64,000 nt of DNA from Eledone cirrhosa (GCA_964016885.1 OZ024742.1:170190001-170254000), one strand, 5' to 3'; numbered from the stretch's first letter, positions 13,799 to 28,560 are shown. Program-made: numbers and translations. Notes: a model not told the origin generated them from the sequence alone.

Positions 13799-14423
13799 CA
13801 TGTTCTCCTGCTCCATATTCTTGGTTGTTTACACATAATTTTGAAAATAATAATTAGTGTTTTTCATTAGATATATGGTAATACAAGGGTTAATGTCATT
13901 AAATTTTGCTAATACTTTCCAATATTATTCATCAGCTGAGGGGAAGAAGCTATTCTGGGTGTTATAAACTGATTATTACAATGATTTGGCTTCCTGTTTG
14001 TATAATGCAATAAGAAAGTAGCTTTAGGTGTAACTGTTTATGTGCAGTTTTTGCTGATTTAATAATCTTGGAAGTTACTACGAGAGAGAGAGTGAGTGAG
14101 TGTGTGTGTGTGAATGCTGGGAAAGCAGAATTTAAATGATAATGATGTGTGTGTGTGTATCTGTATGATGTATGTGTGCATATATATTATATATATATGT
14201 GTGTGTGGATCTGCATGATGTTAGTATATGTGTGTGTATATATATATATGTGTGTGTGTGTCTATGTGTGTGTGTGGATCTGTATGATGTTTGTATATGT
14301 GTGTATATATATATGAGTGTGTGTATATGTGTGTTTGTATATATATATATATGAGTGTGTGTATATGTGTGTTTGTATATATATGTGTGTGTGTATATGT
14401 ATATTTATGTGTATATATATATT

Positions 14424-15750
14424 TAAGTAGGGATACTAATGTTTTATTTAAACGTATATTAGTCATATGTGAAATTACATCTTATCTCCTTCAAAATACG
14501 ATCCTTGGGAAGTAACACAGTGGTGCCAATATTTTTTCTGTTGATTTTTAGCAGTACCAGAAGTCTTTCTGAGAGTGTCCTTAGCTCCGTTAGAATTTTT
14601 TTGTATGTTTTTCACAGTCGCAAAATGATGACTCTTAACTTCGATTTCAACTTAGGGAAGAGGTAGAAATCACATGGAGCTAGACCTAGGTTGTAGGGAG
14701 AGTGTGGAAGAGCAGGAATGTTATCTCTCACCAGAAATTCTCTAATTGAAAATTCTGTGTGAGCAGGCGTGTTATCTTGGTGCAGTACCTAATTTCCTGC
14801 AATGTCCTTTTGGACTGGCTGGCCCCATTTTCAAATTCGTTCCAAGACATCTTTGTAGAAAGTGTGATTAACTGTTTGTCCTCGAGATAAAAATTCTTTG
14901 TGATCAATATTACATCTGTTGAAAAAAAATGATAATCATTGTTTTGCTTTCACCCTAGATCTATTCATGCTTTCTTCAGATGAACACCACCACCACTAAA
15001 AACATCACTATCACCCCAACCAATAACATCACCATTCCTTACTTTGCTGTTTTGTCTCTGGATCGTACTTGAACACCCATGATTCATCTCCTGTCATTAC
15101 TCTATCTAAGAAATTTGACTCAATTTCAAATTTTGCTGGCAAATCCTAACAAATTTCCAACCTGTTCACTTTTTGCTTTACAGACAAGTATTCGGGCATT
15201 AGCTTAGCACAAATGTTTCACATGTGCAAATATTCTGGTAAAATTCTGTGAAGTGCATTTTTATCCAAGCCTGTTTCTTCTGTAATCATCCTAACACTCA
15301 ATTGGTGATAATTCCCCATCATTGCCCGTACCACTTCTACATTTTGTTCATTTGTTGATGACATTCATTGGCCTTCTAGAACGAGGTTCGTCTTCAACAT
15401 TTTCTCAGCCCTCTTTGAAAGCTTTGTGCCACTTACAAAAATCTTACTTCTCAATAGAATGGCATCTCCATAAGCTTGTGCTAAAGAATTGTTTCAGTGG
15501 CAGATTTGAGTTTCACACACAATTTGATTGCATACTGTTGTTCGATATTTTCCTGCATTGCAAACACAACAGGTTATAAACACGTCTGTACATAAACAGC
15601 AATAACTCATGACTGACTCAATCAATTATATTGAAACAAGTATGTATGTGCAGCCAAGGTCATAACTAATATGCCTATATACATTGAGGTGTTGCATTAC
15701 CATGTTGTACATAGGGAAATCAGTACCCTTACTTTTTGAACAAACCTCAT
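14424..15750 (-). mobile_element. Decayed mariner transposon
   Basis: Minus-strand motifs TGDESWV, LHQDNTPAH, PHSPYNLGLAPCDFYLFPKLK, QGSYFEGDK; TIR-like AGTACCCTTACTTTTTGAACAAACCTC at right end, partial mirror at left; ~1.3 kb; frame disrupted. Confidence 0.88.
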
Positions 15751-16176
15751 ATGTATATATATTTTATTATTTATGTATGTATATATGTATATATATGCAA
15801 ATGCATGGAAATACTTGTTTTGGTGTCCAAGCACACAGCCCATCGTAAATGAGAGAGAGACCCCTAGTTCTTGTTAGGACATCATTCTAGGGGAAGGAAA
15901 ACTAATGAAAAATCCTCAACTTGATGGCAGCCAATGGTGTTGACCTGTTCTTTTGGAATACTTGTCACTATTGTTCAGAGAGTGGGGTTGGTCCGGTGCA
16001 ACGTCTTTCTTCACTTAGAAAAACTTCAAGCACAGGCATCATTTGATCTAAACAACTTTCCTGTATGTTGCTTGAGACTGACCTTTTCTTTTTTCTTTGC
16101 GCTGCAACATATACAGAAAGGAATCTAAGCCCTTGAAAGGGATAAAAAGTCATGTTCATTCCACGCAATATATATA

Positions 16177-16676
16177 TCATCATCACTGTTTTACGTCTGT
16201 TCTTCCATACTAGCATGGGTTAGACGGGTTGTCCTGTTGTGGGCAGTGTCTGGTCGGCTGACTTTGTCTTGCTCATACGGGAACTGATTCTGGCTTGATT
16301 TCTACAGCTGGATGCCCTTCCTAACACCAATCTCATTTACAGTGAGTGCTGGGTGCTTTTCTTCCTCCGTTGCGCCTACACGTCCACTTTATAGTGTGGG
16401 CTGGGTGCTTTTTTGCCGTGTCATCTCCACAACCACTAGTGGGAGGGGGTGGGGTATATTGTCTATATGCTTCAGCTTCGGCTTGTACCCGTGGGAAGTC
16501 AGGTCTTCTGTATTACTGCGTGATGCCAGAGGTCACAGTCCTGTGTCATCGCCTTTGAGAGGTGCAACTGGGTAAGGTCGGCTTTTATCACCTCATCCCA
16601 GGTCTTCTTGGGTCTCCCCACTCCGCGTCTTCCATCGACTTCTAGTTCTCTGCACCTTTTTATGCAGTTGTCATCC
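16177..16676 (-). mobile_element. 5'-truncated RTE LINE (second subfamily), C-terminus and 3' UTR
   Basis: DDNCIKRCRELEVDGRRGVGRPKKTWDEVIKADL; 3' UTR similar to 27752-28168. Confidence 0.85.
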
Positions 16677-16761
16677 TATATATACATATAAATTTTGTAT
16701 AACTAAAGATATATGGTAGATTTATGAATAAACATTTGGAAAGCCTTCCAGCTATGAATAT

Positions 16762-16796
<35 letters not shown>

Positions 16797-17329
16797 AATG
16801 TATTAAATTATAGTGTAGATACATTTGATATTATGTGAGATAATTATGTGAGTCTAACATTAAAGGAGCAAAACATAGAAAAGGAAGATTAGCTACTTAA
16901 TGAACACAGCCACAAGGATATGGTCCAAACGTGGAAGAGGCGAACTCCCACAGTCATCGCCTCCATCTCTCTCGCCTGCCCCATCTCTCCGTATGGTGAG
17001 CAAATGGTGTCCCACGTGCTGTCACTCATTCAGTTACTTTCAAAACCTGTTCCCTTATTTTGTAGTTGCCTCTCTCCAGAGCAGCTTCTTTCTCTGTATA
17101 GCAACTAATGATGATACCACTTTACTATCTGTTGGGTATAATATCTTCATGTAAGATTTGGCAGATGAAAGCTATATGGAAGCCTGCTGAAGGGACCTTT
17201 CCTATTTTTGAAGCCGGAAACTTAATCCATAGCCCTGCCTCGTACCAACACCTACATTTAGATGCTTCTAGAACGATACCCTCCCAACACTCCTGGACAT
17301 AACCCTTCTTCCTCTGACTAAAACATTAA

Positions 17330-17652
17330 ATAGTGCTGTTGTCACAATACCTGGCTTACTCCGTAAAGAGGTCATGCTGGTGTTACAATAAAATATACCC
17401 AGCTTACTCTGTAAAGTCGTAGTGGTGGTGCGACGATAAAATGTACCCAGCTCGCTCTGTAAAGTGGTTGTGCTGGTGTCATGATAGAATGTACCCAGCT
17501 CACTTTGTAAAGTGGTTGTGCTGGTGTCATAAAATGTACCCAGCTTACTTTGTAAAGTGGTTGTGCTGGTGTTATGATAAAATGTACCCAGCTTACTCTG
17601 TAAAGTGGTCGTGGTGGTGCCACAATAAAATGTACCCAGCTCACTATGTAAA
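17330..17652. repeat. ~49-bp tandem repeat resembling RTE 3'-UTR motif
   Basis: AAATGTACCCAGCTTACTCTGTAAAGTGGT... about 6 copies; similar inverse array at ~23520-23700. Confidence 0.8.
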
Positions 17653-18117
17653 GTCAGTCATGCTGTGTTAAACGGGGATGATAACAAAAGTAAAAAAAAA
17701 GTTGTTGCTTCTCTTTATTTACAATGTAAAAGATTTGAAAGTATAACCATTTCTATGTCACTTGTTTAAAGTTCTTGATCACTTAATACAGGCACACGTA
17801 CACTATATGTATATATATATGTATGTATATATGTGTGTGTGTATATATATATGTGTGTGTGTGTGGCTAACCTATGCTAGCGTGGAAGATGGACGTTAAG
17901 CGAAGATGATGATGATGACTGTGTGTGTGTGTGTGTATACATCCTAAATATGAGATGATTTTTTTTGCAGTTCCGTTGATTCTGTTTGTTTAATTGGGTT
18001 ACATACATATATATAATCATGCTATATAAACAGATATACATAAACACCCATATACATACATGTGTGTGTGCTTGTGTGTTTTTATGGTTTTATCATTCTA
18101 TTGGTGGAAATTTATCA

Positions 18118-18302
18118 AATAATTGTTTCTACTTTAGGCACAAGGCCAGCAATTACCCAGTGTATTACTGGTACTTTATTTTATCGACCCCGTAAGGATG
18201 AAAGGCAAAGTCAACCTCGGCGGGATTTGAACTCAGATCGTAAAGGGACGTAACTATGCTGGAAAGCATGGCGTCCGACCCTCTACCGATATTGCCAATC
18301 CA
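18118..18302 (-). mobile_element. Young SINE copy
   Basis: Near-identical to 11729-11913. Confidence 0.9.
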
Positions 18303-18854
18303 GAACACACACTCAGTTATGATAAAAAAAACAGCAACGCTATAGTTATATAATTTTCTTACAATTTGTTTCGTAAAAATAAACTCATTCTCCACATATA
18401 ATATATGTAACTTGAGTAATATTTACCTCTCTTGGAGAAATTTATAAAATGCCTTTCTTTATAGCAACAATGTTAGAACTTTTTGGAAGACTTGTATCAT
18501 TTGCTAAGTGTGGTTTCATGTAGTGAGTTAATTCAAATGTTTATAGTATGTGTGAATGCATTTAAAGTATTAGAGTAAACATCTTGATATTTAATTTGAT
18601 GTAGTAACAATGCTGTTTTGTACTTTTCAAGAATATCTTTCCTTATGTGGTTTCATGTGGTGTGTTAATTCAAATGTTTATAGTATCTTTACTAGTTGAC
18701 AGATAGTTTGCAGTTTTAAAGTATACATTTCAATTTTTTTATCTGATGCAGTCCATAGTGCTGTTTTGTACTTTTGAAAACTGTCTTACTAATGTGGTTT
18801 CATGAGGTACAGGACGTTAAGAGTTAGAGGATTAAATTGAAGATATATATTAAT

Positions 18855-19041
18855 TGTTTCTATTTTGGCACAAGGCCAGTAATTACTCAGTACATTACTG
18901 GTACTTTATTTTATCGACCCCCGTAAGGATGAAAGGCAAAGTTAACCTCGGCGGGATTTGAACTCAGAATGGCAAGGACCGTAACTCTATGCGTCAAAGC
19001 ATGGAGTCCGATCCTCTACCGATACTGCCAAATGCACGACC
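18855..19041 (-). mobile_element. Young SINE copy with TSD
   Basis: TSD GAAGATATATATTAAT at 18839-18854 and 19042-19057. Confidence 0.9.
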
Positions 19042-19924
19042 GAAGATATATATTAATAGTAGTATTTTTTTATTTCTTGTTTCTAGTTTATTTATTTTAT
19101 ATTATTTATTTATCAATATAACTTCGTAAATTTGAGAAACTGTTGAAGCTATTTAGGATTTGGGGAAAGATTTCACAATTATCAAACAGTCTACATATCA
19201 TTAACTCAGTCTATGATATATATTATTTTTGTTTTGTTTTTGTTTTATTTTGTGTGTACGTGTATTTGAAGGCATGTGACTTAGTGGTAAGGGTGTTTGG
19301 CTCATGATTGCAAGTTTATGAGTTTGATTCCTGGTGGTGTGTCCTTGAGGAAGACACTTTGTTTCATGTTGTTCCAGTTACCTCAATTAGATAAAATAAG
19401 TTGTACCTGTAATTTAAAGCACTGTCATGCTGAATCTCCGAGAATTATGTTTAAGTGTACATGTATCTTTGGAATGCTCAGCCACTTGCATGTTTATCAA
19501 CTGTTCTTTTGATTGAATCAACTGGAACACTAGTCATCACAACCCATAGAGGCCCAACACAGTATGTGTGTGTATATGTATTTGTATGTTTGTATATGCA
19601 TTTGTGTGTTTGTATGTGTGTATATATGTGTGTTTGTGTATATGTGAATGTATATGTATGCATGTGTGTCAATGTATGTTTGTGTGTATGCATATATATG
19701 TACGTATGTATATATGCATGTGTGTGTATTTGTGTATGTATTATGCAGTTTTAATCCTTACATTATTACCATAAGATATCTCATTATATATTTGGTTATA
19801 TATTTAGTTGTGTACACAAACTTATGTTATATTATCAGGAATGTCATCTTGTGTAAACTTTAGAATATTTCACTAACCCTGACTTTCCATCATTTCAAGG
19901 AGCTATGAATGGAAGCAATAGCAG

Positions 19925-20476
19925 GCACCATCACCTACACCACTGGCTCTATCATCACCACCATTTTCATCTTCACCACCACCACCATCATTACCACCAC
20001 CACTGCCTCCACCTATACTCATCACCACCATCACCGTCATCACATTTTCCACCCTCCCCCAGCAACACCACTATCACCACTACCACCACCAACATCACCA
20101 TCACCACTACCAACAACATCACCATCATCATCACTACCAACATCACCATCACCTCTACCAACATCACCATCACCACTACCGACATCACCATCACAACTAC
20201 TATCAACAGCATCACCACTGCTATCAACAGCATCACCACCACCATCACCACTACTAACATCACCATCATCACTACCAACAGCATCACCATCACCACTACC
20301 AACATCACCACTACCAACATCACCACTACCAACATCACCACTACTATCAACAGCACCACCACCACCACCACCACCACCACCATCATCACCAACAACAATA
20401 ACACCAACAAAACATTATCACCACCAACAATAACACCAACAAAAACATCACCACCAACAATAACACCATCACTACC
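19925..20476. repeat. (CAC/CAT/CAA)n low-complexity trinucleotide tract
   Basis: Directly visible; ORFs are homopolymeric. Confidence 0.9.
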
Positions 20477-22835
20477 TCTATTTTGATTGAATGAAGTGCT
20501 GGTTGTAAACATTCTTAATGAAATGGTTGAGGCTTTAGTGGTAGGATTAGCAGCCAACCACTAAGAAGTTTCTAGGGTGATGTCAGCACTGTGGCAGGAG
20601 TGGAGGAGAGTAGGGGATGTTTATATTTTTAGTTTTAATTTTGATACACAAAATGGAACAGATTTACAAATAACAAACAGCTGAGGTTTACAAAATAAAT
20701 ATCTCCCTGATTGCAAGAGCTGCTAAACTGCCACACCTTTAAACTTTCAGCAGTGATAGCCATCAATGGAGGACCTTAACAGTTCAGACCTATTTATTAT
20801 TTACTCAATGTCAAAAACAAACAAACACAAACAAATTGTCAAAATTATTTAAAACACCACCAAATCTTTATTATTGTAACAGTTTAAAAATTACAGCAGT
20901 GATGACAGGCCTCATTTAAAGGACAAATGAAATTCTAGCCTTCAAAATAACTAAGGCGGTTGCCTGTAAGTTTATTTTTCCTATAATTAGTATGTTGCCT
21001 ACACACACATTCACGTGCCTGTGGGACCACATACTGATGAAGTTGACTAAAAACAACAGTTAAGTCTGGATGATTTGGTGCCTTGCCATATTTTTAGCTC
21101 TTAACATTTTGTAAAGGATTTAGCAGAAAATATCTTAAAACAAGTTTGTTAATTCAAATGTTTATAGTATCTTTACTAGTGGACAGATCATTGCGTAAAT
21201 TTGTAGTATTGGAATAAAGACTTTAGTTTTTATGTGCTGCAGTAATAGTGCTGTTTTATATTTTCCCAAAATATTTTGCTAGTGTAGTTTCATGCAGTAT
21301 AGGACATTAAAAGTTAATTGAATTTTCTTGGAACTGGCTTTACTTTTCCATCCCATTTATATCCTAAACCTTTAAAAAAAAGTAGTCTTAGTCTTCTGAA
21401 AAGACAGGAAAAGAAAAGTTGATTTTCTAGATTGGAACAAGAAACTGGTGTTTCCATTGGTTTTTTTCCATTGTTGATAATATCTGCAATTCCTAGCAGA
21501 AGAATGCAGCTGATTGTCAGATTGAACAATTTTTCTATTGGTCATTCTATTGCTGATATACTATCTGCTGGTTACAAATCCATGCAGAAAAGGAAAGGTG
21601 CTGATTATCAGATCTGACCAAGGAAACAATGTTTCTATTGGTTTTTCTATTATTGTTACTATCTGTTTGTCACAACTCTTGGCAGAAGTGTCATGCTTTT
21701 TTGGTGACAGGAGGTAGGATTTGAACTCAGAATGCCATGGCAGATACTCCCAAAGCATCTTGTATGACTCTTTAACAATTTCACCCATTCACAATTATTT
21801 CCATGAACTGCTACTTTATCAATGGGCCCTACGATTTCGAGGGGTCCCATGTCATAAATTCTGTTCCGTTACTTATATCATGTACACAATATGTATATAT
21901 CTATAGCCCTTATAAAAATATTATGTATTTAGTATTGATTATTAAAATGCTTCATCAGCATTCTAAAATGAGTCCAGATAGTTTACATCTGGACTGGGCT
22001 TATTACCAGCTTTACATGGGCTTCAATATAAGACTAGTTGGAAGTTTAGTTTTGAACCTTGTTTTTTACTGTGATATTATTTAAAGATCATAACCAATTG
22101 TCATCTCCTCCCTCTCTTCATCAATTTTAACCAGTTTCAGATACCAAACTACCTAAAACTGGCTCTGTTTCTATAAGAACACTGTTATTTTAAAGAGTTT
22201 ATATTTTATCAAACAAATTTCTATCATAATTTAATATGTTATATTCCAAACATTAACTTAATGGGAAAGTTAGTTATATTATTAAATCCCTTCAAATTCT
22301 TTATTATTTAAAAAAAATTATTTGATAATAATAGGCAGGGTCTTTGATGAGAAATAAGTTAACAAAAGGGCTAACATCATCTTCATTATCATCTTTTTAT
22401 CACCATAAATGATATCACAGATATTGCCATCCCCCATAGCTGCTGCTATCTTTATTTTGATATCATCATCATCATAATTGATATTCCCGTTGATATATTT
22501 TATGCTTCTACTCTTTGGTTATGTTTATCTGAAAATGTGTGCTACAATAATAAACGTGATAACATTGTGTCTCTCAGAATAGAATGGACCTCATTCGGTG
22601 TCAACGATGAGTGTTCCAGTTGTTCAACCCATGGAACAGCCTGCTTATTAAATTGTGTAAGTAGCTGTGCATACCACTGAAACATATACCTTTAATGAAA
22701 TTATCAGGGAGATTCGGTTTGACAAGGCTGGCCCTTTGAATTTCAGGTATAGTATATCTGATGGACTTCAACCAGTTTCTGCCTACTCAGTTTTACGCAC
22801 AAGGCATGTGTCTATAGGAGGCTTTGGTAAATAAT

Positions 22836-23017
22836 ATTTTTTTTATTTAGGCACAAGGCCAGCAATTTTGGGAGAGGGGAAAGTCGATTAAATCTACCTC
22901 AGTGCATGACTGGTACTTTATCTAACCGTGACGGGATTTGAACTCAGAGCGCAAAGGGCCATAACTCTATGCCATAAGGCATGTTGCCCGACACTCTACT
23001 GATACTGTCAATCCACT
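22836..23017 (-). mobile_element. SINE copy with TSD
   Basis: TSD GCTTTGGTAAATAAT at 22821-22835 and 23018-23032. Confidence 0.85.
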
Positions 23018-23984
23018 GCTTTGGTAAATAATGCTTGTCCAAGATGTGCAATGGGATTGAACCTGTGTCCTTTTGATAAGAAGTAAATTTCAGTCATGTT
23101 GTACTCACCTCTGTTAGAATATACATAACCATAGTATAACTAGTATAACTAGCTGTTTCTTACTGACAACACCTTAGTCTCACTGCCGATGCATGTCGAA
23201 TATTTTAAATACACTCAGACATCATTGTGTGTACTTAATATGACACCTTGAGTAAGTGACTTCTACTGTTGCTTTGAGTTCTCAAATGACTTATAAGTAG
23301 AATTTGGTAGATGTAGAATATGAAGGCTTGTCAAATATACATGTGTGTGTATTAATTTATTGAGTAAATGACGATTACAAGACTAGTTCTGTTTCTTTTA
23401 TGTAAATCTTCATTTACTAAAGAAAAATTAATGTATTCTTTTCTATTAGATGTATTGAATACCTTACTTTAATTGTGATACTTTCCTTATGGCTGGATGC
23501 TCTTCCTAATTCCAACCACTTTACAGAGTGTACTGGGTGCATTTTATTGTGGCTTCAGCACCACCACTTTATATTGTGTACTGGTTGCATTTTATTGTGG
23601 AAACTGTACTACCACATTACAGTGTGTACCTGATGCATTTTATTGTGGGAACAGTACTACCACATTACAGAATGTACTGGGTGTATTTTATTGTGGCACC
23701 TGTGCAAGTAAAGTTGTCATGTCTGTGATGTGATGGAAAAGATCCATATTTAAAAATAAAAAATACAGTGGAAAGGGTTATTTTAAATTTTAACGCTTCC
23801 ATTACACCATATTTCCATTGAAATACACTGTATTAGGATAAGTTAATGAAGAATTTGAAGGGATTTACTAAAATTGTTTCATTATTCAGATGGTATTTGC
23901 AATGTAACTTAACAAAACGTTTCTTATATCAAAATTAGTTGGAAGATTTTAATTTAAATGTTGGCACCCCATCGTAGGATGATG

Positions 23985-24280
23985 AATGTTCCAGTTGATT
24001 TGATCAATGGTAGAGCTTACTCATGAAATTAACGTGAAAATGACTGAGCATTCCACAGATGCATGTGTCCTTAACATAGCTCTTGGGGAGATTCAGCGCG
24101 ATACGGAATATGACAATGCCGGCCATTCAAATTACAGCTACAACTGATAATTGTCAGATGAGTGGACTGGAACAATGTGAAATAAAGTATCTTGCTCAAG
24201 GATACAATGTGCCACTGGGAACTGAACCCATGACCTTACGATTGTGAGCCAAATATCCTAACCACTAAGCCATGCACCTT
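23985..24280 (-). mobile_element. tRNA/CORE-type SINE (second family)
   Basis: Minus-strand head GCATGGCTTAGTGGTTAGG...GGGTTCAGTTCCC, CCTTGAGCAAGATACTTTATTTCACATTG; similar to 19270-19550 and 50147-50290. Confidence 0.7.
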
Positions 24281-24773
24281 CATTTAATTTAAATAAGTAG
24301 TTTTGTTTCATAGAACCAGAGATAGGTTTTGGATGGGTATCAAAATGGTTAAATAAGGTAACTCAGTTAAAACTTAACCCTTTGCTTGTGACAAATATAA
24401 TAGATAAAATAGAATAAAAAAAGAAGACAGTCATTGATTCATCCATCCAGCTTGTCCATAATTAACCCAGTTCTCCCATCTCACCTGAGATATAGGCTTT
24501 CTGTGACAGCTGCTTCATATGTCAACCTAATCTGATTACCTGTGTAAAGGGACTTGTTGATGATGATGATGTGATGGTGGTGGTGGTTAGGGTGTTGAAA
24601 GGACTTGATGATGGTGAAGGGGACTAATTGATAATGATGATGGGTGAGGATGGTGGTATTGGTGATGTTGATAATATGGACAGTATTAGTAGTGTACTCT
24701 GCTCTCTCTCTCTCTCTCTCCCTCCCCTCCCCCTATACCCCCTCCCCCATATCCCCCCCCCCGTATCTCCTCC

Positions 24774-24855
<82 letters not shown>

Positions 24856-25257
24856 CAAAACACACTGGCAACTATCATTTCAGCCTCTTATTTCCTACTT
24901 CTGCCTGCTGTCACACACACACACACACATGTAAACTATCTACTGCCAGATCACACATTGACTGCTAGATCACACACACATTGTTGACTGCTAGATCACA
25001 CACACACACTTTATAGGTGTTAGTATTCAAGAAACACAGCCTGTGTGATAGCTGTTTCGTCTCATGTCAATTTTATTATGTTTGTATATATATACAGTGT
25101 GTGTGTGTGTGTGTCTGTGTGTAATACATACACACTTGGATTACCTGTACAGGCAATATTTATTAGAAGGCTATTGAAGTGTGTATACATTTTTTGGGAC
25201 ACAATATGTATGTGTATATATATATATATATATATATGCGCTCTTTGTTGTTAATTG

Positions 25258-25288
<31 letters not shown>

Positions 25289-25295
25289 GTATGTG

Positions 25296-25327
<32 letters not shown>

Positions 25328-25883
25328 TGTATGTGTATATATATATATGTATATATATATATGTGTGTGTGTATATATATATATATATTTACATACAATT
25401 GAGTTCTTCATATATTTACATACATTGAGTTCTTCATACGGCTTAGACCCTACCATTAATTGGTGGATTTATCTGTATATATTTACAGATATATATATTT
25501 ATTGTTATACTTTGGGAGGGTCATGTTGCCAATAAGAAACGCCACTCCAATTTATTATAAATTAAATTTATAAATTTAAGATTTTATAAATTTCCGGTTG
25601 GTTGGTTGGTTACACACGCACGCACGCACGCACGCACACGCACGCGCACACACGCGCGCACACACACACATACACTTGGAAATTTAGTAAAATCGAATCT
25701 CTGGCGAATTTGCAAGCAAATTCGGCCTACTTATATGAAATGATGAATTAGCAAAGCACTCGGTAAGGTAGGCCCTTAGAGTAATACCATGTTTAAATAA
25801 CTTGACAAATCGAACATTGTGGTAGACAAAATCTAACACAATAATATAACAAAGTAATGATAGAACTAACATATATATATATA

Positions 25884-26970
25884 CTAGCATTAAAGCCTGG
25901 TGTTGCTCGGGGTCATTAAGTTACCAAAGTTAGGTTGCACCACCCATTTTATGGCAGCACTTTTTTGTCTGCCAGGCACTGGGTGAATGAATTGCAGACC
26001 TGGAAGCAGGAGCTGCGCCAGCAGTGACAATTGTAGTTTCGCCTATGGATATTATCTCTGTGCAAAAAAGTGTTGAAATTTATTGTTTCACAGTACTTGC
26101 GCAACACGCGCGTAGACGATGCCAGCCGAACAACAGAGCTGCGATGGAGTTGTTCTGCATGGTTGTCTGTGTGTTTTCTAAATTTAAGACAGTAGGGAGG
26201 GTATGAGGGAGAGTTAGCTGTTGTTTCTAGCAGGTTTAGTGACCTAATAGAGGATATGTTTTCTAAATTTAAGACAGTAGGGAGTGGTGTGATATGGAGG
26301 AGAGTTAGCTGCTGTTTCTAGCAGGTTTAGTGACCTCATAGAAGATATGTTTTCTAAATTCAAGACAGTAGGGAGGGGTGTGGTATGGGGGAGAGTTAGC
26401 TGCTGTTTCTAGCAGGTTTAGTGACCTCATAGAGGATATTATTGTTTATCATTATCTATAAAAGGCAGATTGTTGTTGTTGAAGTGAGTGTGTGTTTGTA
26501 TGCGTTTGGAAAAGAGGTTTTAAAAAAGATTTATCGCTTGTTGTTGAATAAATGTATCTGTTGCTTTTGAATAATTGTCGTTTCGTATGAAACGCAATAA
26601 TTTGAAGTATAAAAGAGAAAGTAACAAAATGTGTGAGTTGTAGATAGAGGAGGCAGATGATATGAGAGAGTAAAACGGACAGTATCACCATCAAGCTTGG
26701 AAAGAGAAAGTAGCAGAAAGTATGAAGTTGTATAGATTTTGAATGGTAGTGGAAAGAGTTTAGCAGTTTAAGTGACAGAGAAAAATCGTAAAATATTGAG
26801 TTTTATCTATTTTTTGCGTAATTGTGGGTGAAATTGAAAAAATTATCTGTGCCAAGACGCAATCGAAACTATTTCGAATACTGAATTGTAAATTTCAATT
26901 GAAGAAATTCTATATCGTAGATTTCTATAAGAAAGGAGCATGACCACACACTGAGCTTTATAGATTATGA
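25884..26970 (-). mobile_element. Non-autonomous Helitron-like element
   Basis: Minus strand 5' TC (exact end 26964 or 26970), 3' hairpin CCCGAGCAACACCAGG followed by CTAG; inserted between A and T; internal ~90-bp triplication at 26174-26440. Confidence 0.65.
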
Positions 26971-27075
26971 TATATATATATACACACACACACATATATA
27001 CACACACACACACATATATACACACACACACACACACACATATATATACACACACACACACATATATATATACAT

Positions 27076-27152
<77 letters not shown>

Positions 27153-27233
27153 CACACAACACATATATATATATATACACACACACATATATATATATAC
27201 ATATATATATACACATACATATATATATATATT

Positions 27234-27267
<34 letters not shown>

Positions 27268-27274
27268 CATATAT

Positions 27275-27452
27275 TACAGTGAGTGCTGGGTGCTTTTTTC
27301 TGTGTCGCCTACACGTCCATTTTACAGTGTGAGCTGGGTGCTTTTTGGCCGTGGCACCTCCACGACCACTTTGCAGTGGGAGGGTGTGGGGGCATGTTGT
27401 CTATATGCTTCAGCTTGTACCCATGGGAGGTCGGGTACTCTATATTACTGCG
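27275..27452 (-). mobile_element. Fragment of RTE 3' UTR
   Basis: Reverse complement of ~27818-27997. Confidence 0.85.
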
Positions 27453-27536
27453 TAGGAGGGTCATGTTGCCAATAAGAAACACACGCACCAGTTGCTTTCA
27501 CACCAATTTATTATAAATTAAACTTATATATATATA

Positions 27537-27569
<33 letters not shown>

Positions 27570-27609
27570 TACATATATAATATTAATAATATATTTATAT
27601 ATATATATT

Positions 27610-27645
<36 letters not shown>

Positions 27646-27751
27646 CCCCCCCCCTCACTCTCAAGAGCGTGAACCTAATAAACTTTTATTTGTACTGCCT
27701 CTCTGTTTTTGTTCCCGTCCAAGTTTTCACTATATATATATATATATATAT

Positions 27752-28168
27752 AAAAGCCGACCTTACCCAATTACACCTCTCAAAGGCGATGACACACGAC
27801 CGTGACCTCTGGCGTCGCGCAGTAATAAAGAGTACCCGACCTCCCATGGGTACAAGCTGAAGCATATAGACAATATGCCCCCACACCCTCCCACTGCAAA
27901 GTGGTCGTGGAGGTGCCCACGGCAAAAAAGCACCCAGCCCACACTGTAAAGTGGACGTGTAGGCGCCACGGAAAAAAGCACCCAGCACTCACTGTAAATG
28001 AGGTTGGTGTTAGGAAGGGCATCCAGCTGTAGAAATCAAGCCAGATCAGTTCCTGTATGAACAAGGCATGGTCAGCCGACCAGACACTGCCCACAACAGG
28101 ACAACCCGTCTAACCCATGCTAGCATGGAAGAACGGACGTAAAACGGTGAAGATGATGATGATGATGA
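27752..28168 (+). mobile_element. 5'-truncated RTE LINE 3' end with (GAT)n tail
   Basis: IKADLTQLHLSKAMTHDRDLWRRAVIKSTR then UTR and GATGATGAT. Confidence 0.88.
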
Positions 28169-28436
28169 TATATAATATATATAAATAGGGAGAAAAATAT
28201 ATTTTTTTCCTTTTATTTTTTTCTCTTTTTTCTGGGTGAGAAAATGTTTAAAACAAAATATTTTACTTTGTGTGAAGTGTTAAGGTATTAGTTAATTTAT
28301 TTATTTATTTATTAATTAAAAATGGCATTTATTTATTTATTTATATATTTAATAATTGTCTATATATATATATATAAATTAATAAAAACAATGAAATAAA
28401 AACAAAGAACAAGTTCCTTATATTAAAAAATTCATT

Positions 28437-28560
28437 ATTTTACGATCGTTTCTTGGATGTATGTGTGTTGGTATGTATATCATATAGATCTATGTAAAAA
28501 TATTACAAATTATCAGAGGAAATATACATACCTTCACATACAAATGCCGTCCTCAGAAAT
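28437..28560 (-). ncRNA. Hammerhead ribozyme motif (mirror copy)
   Basis: Reverse complement of 28559-28682. Confidence 0.65.

Noticed and set aside
19905-20557. His/Thr/Pro-rich mucin-like ORFs
   Set aside because: Trinucleotide low-complexity tract, open in several frames, no splice or domain support
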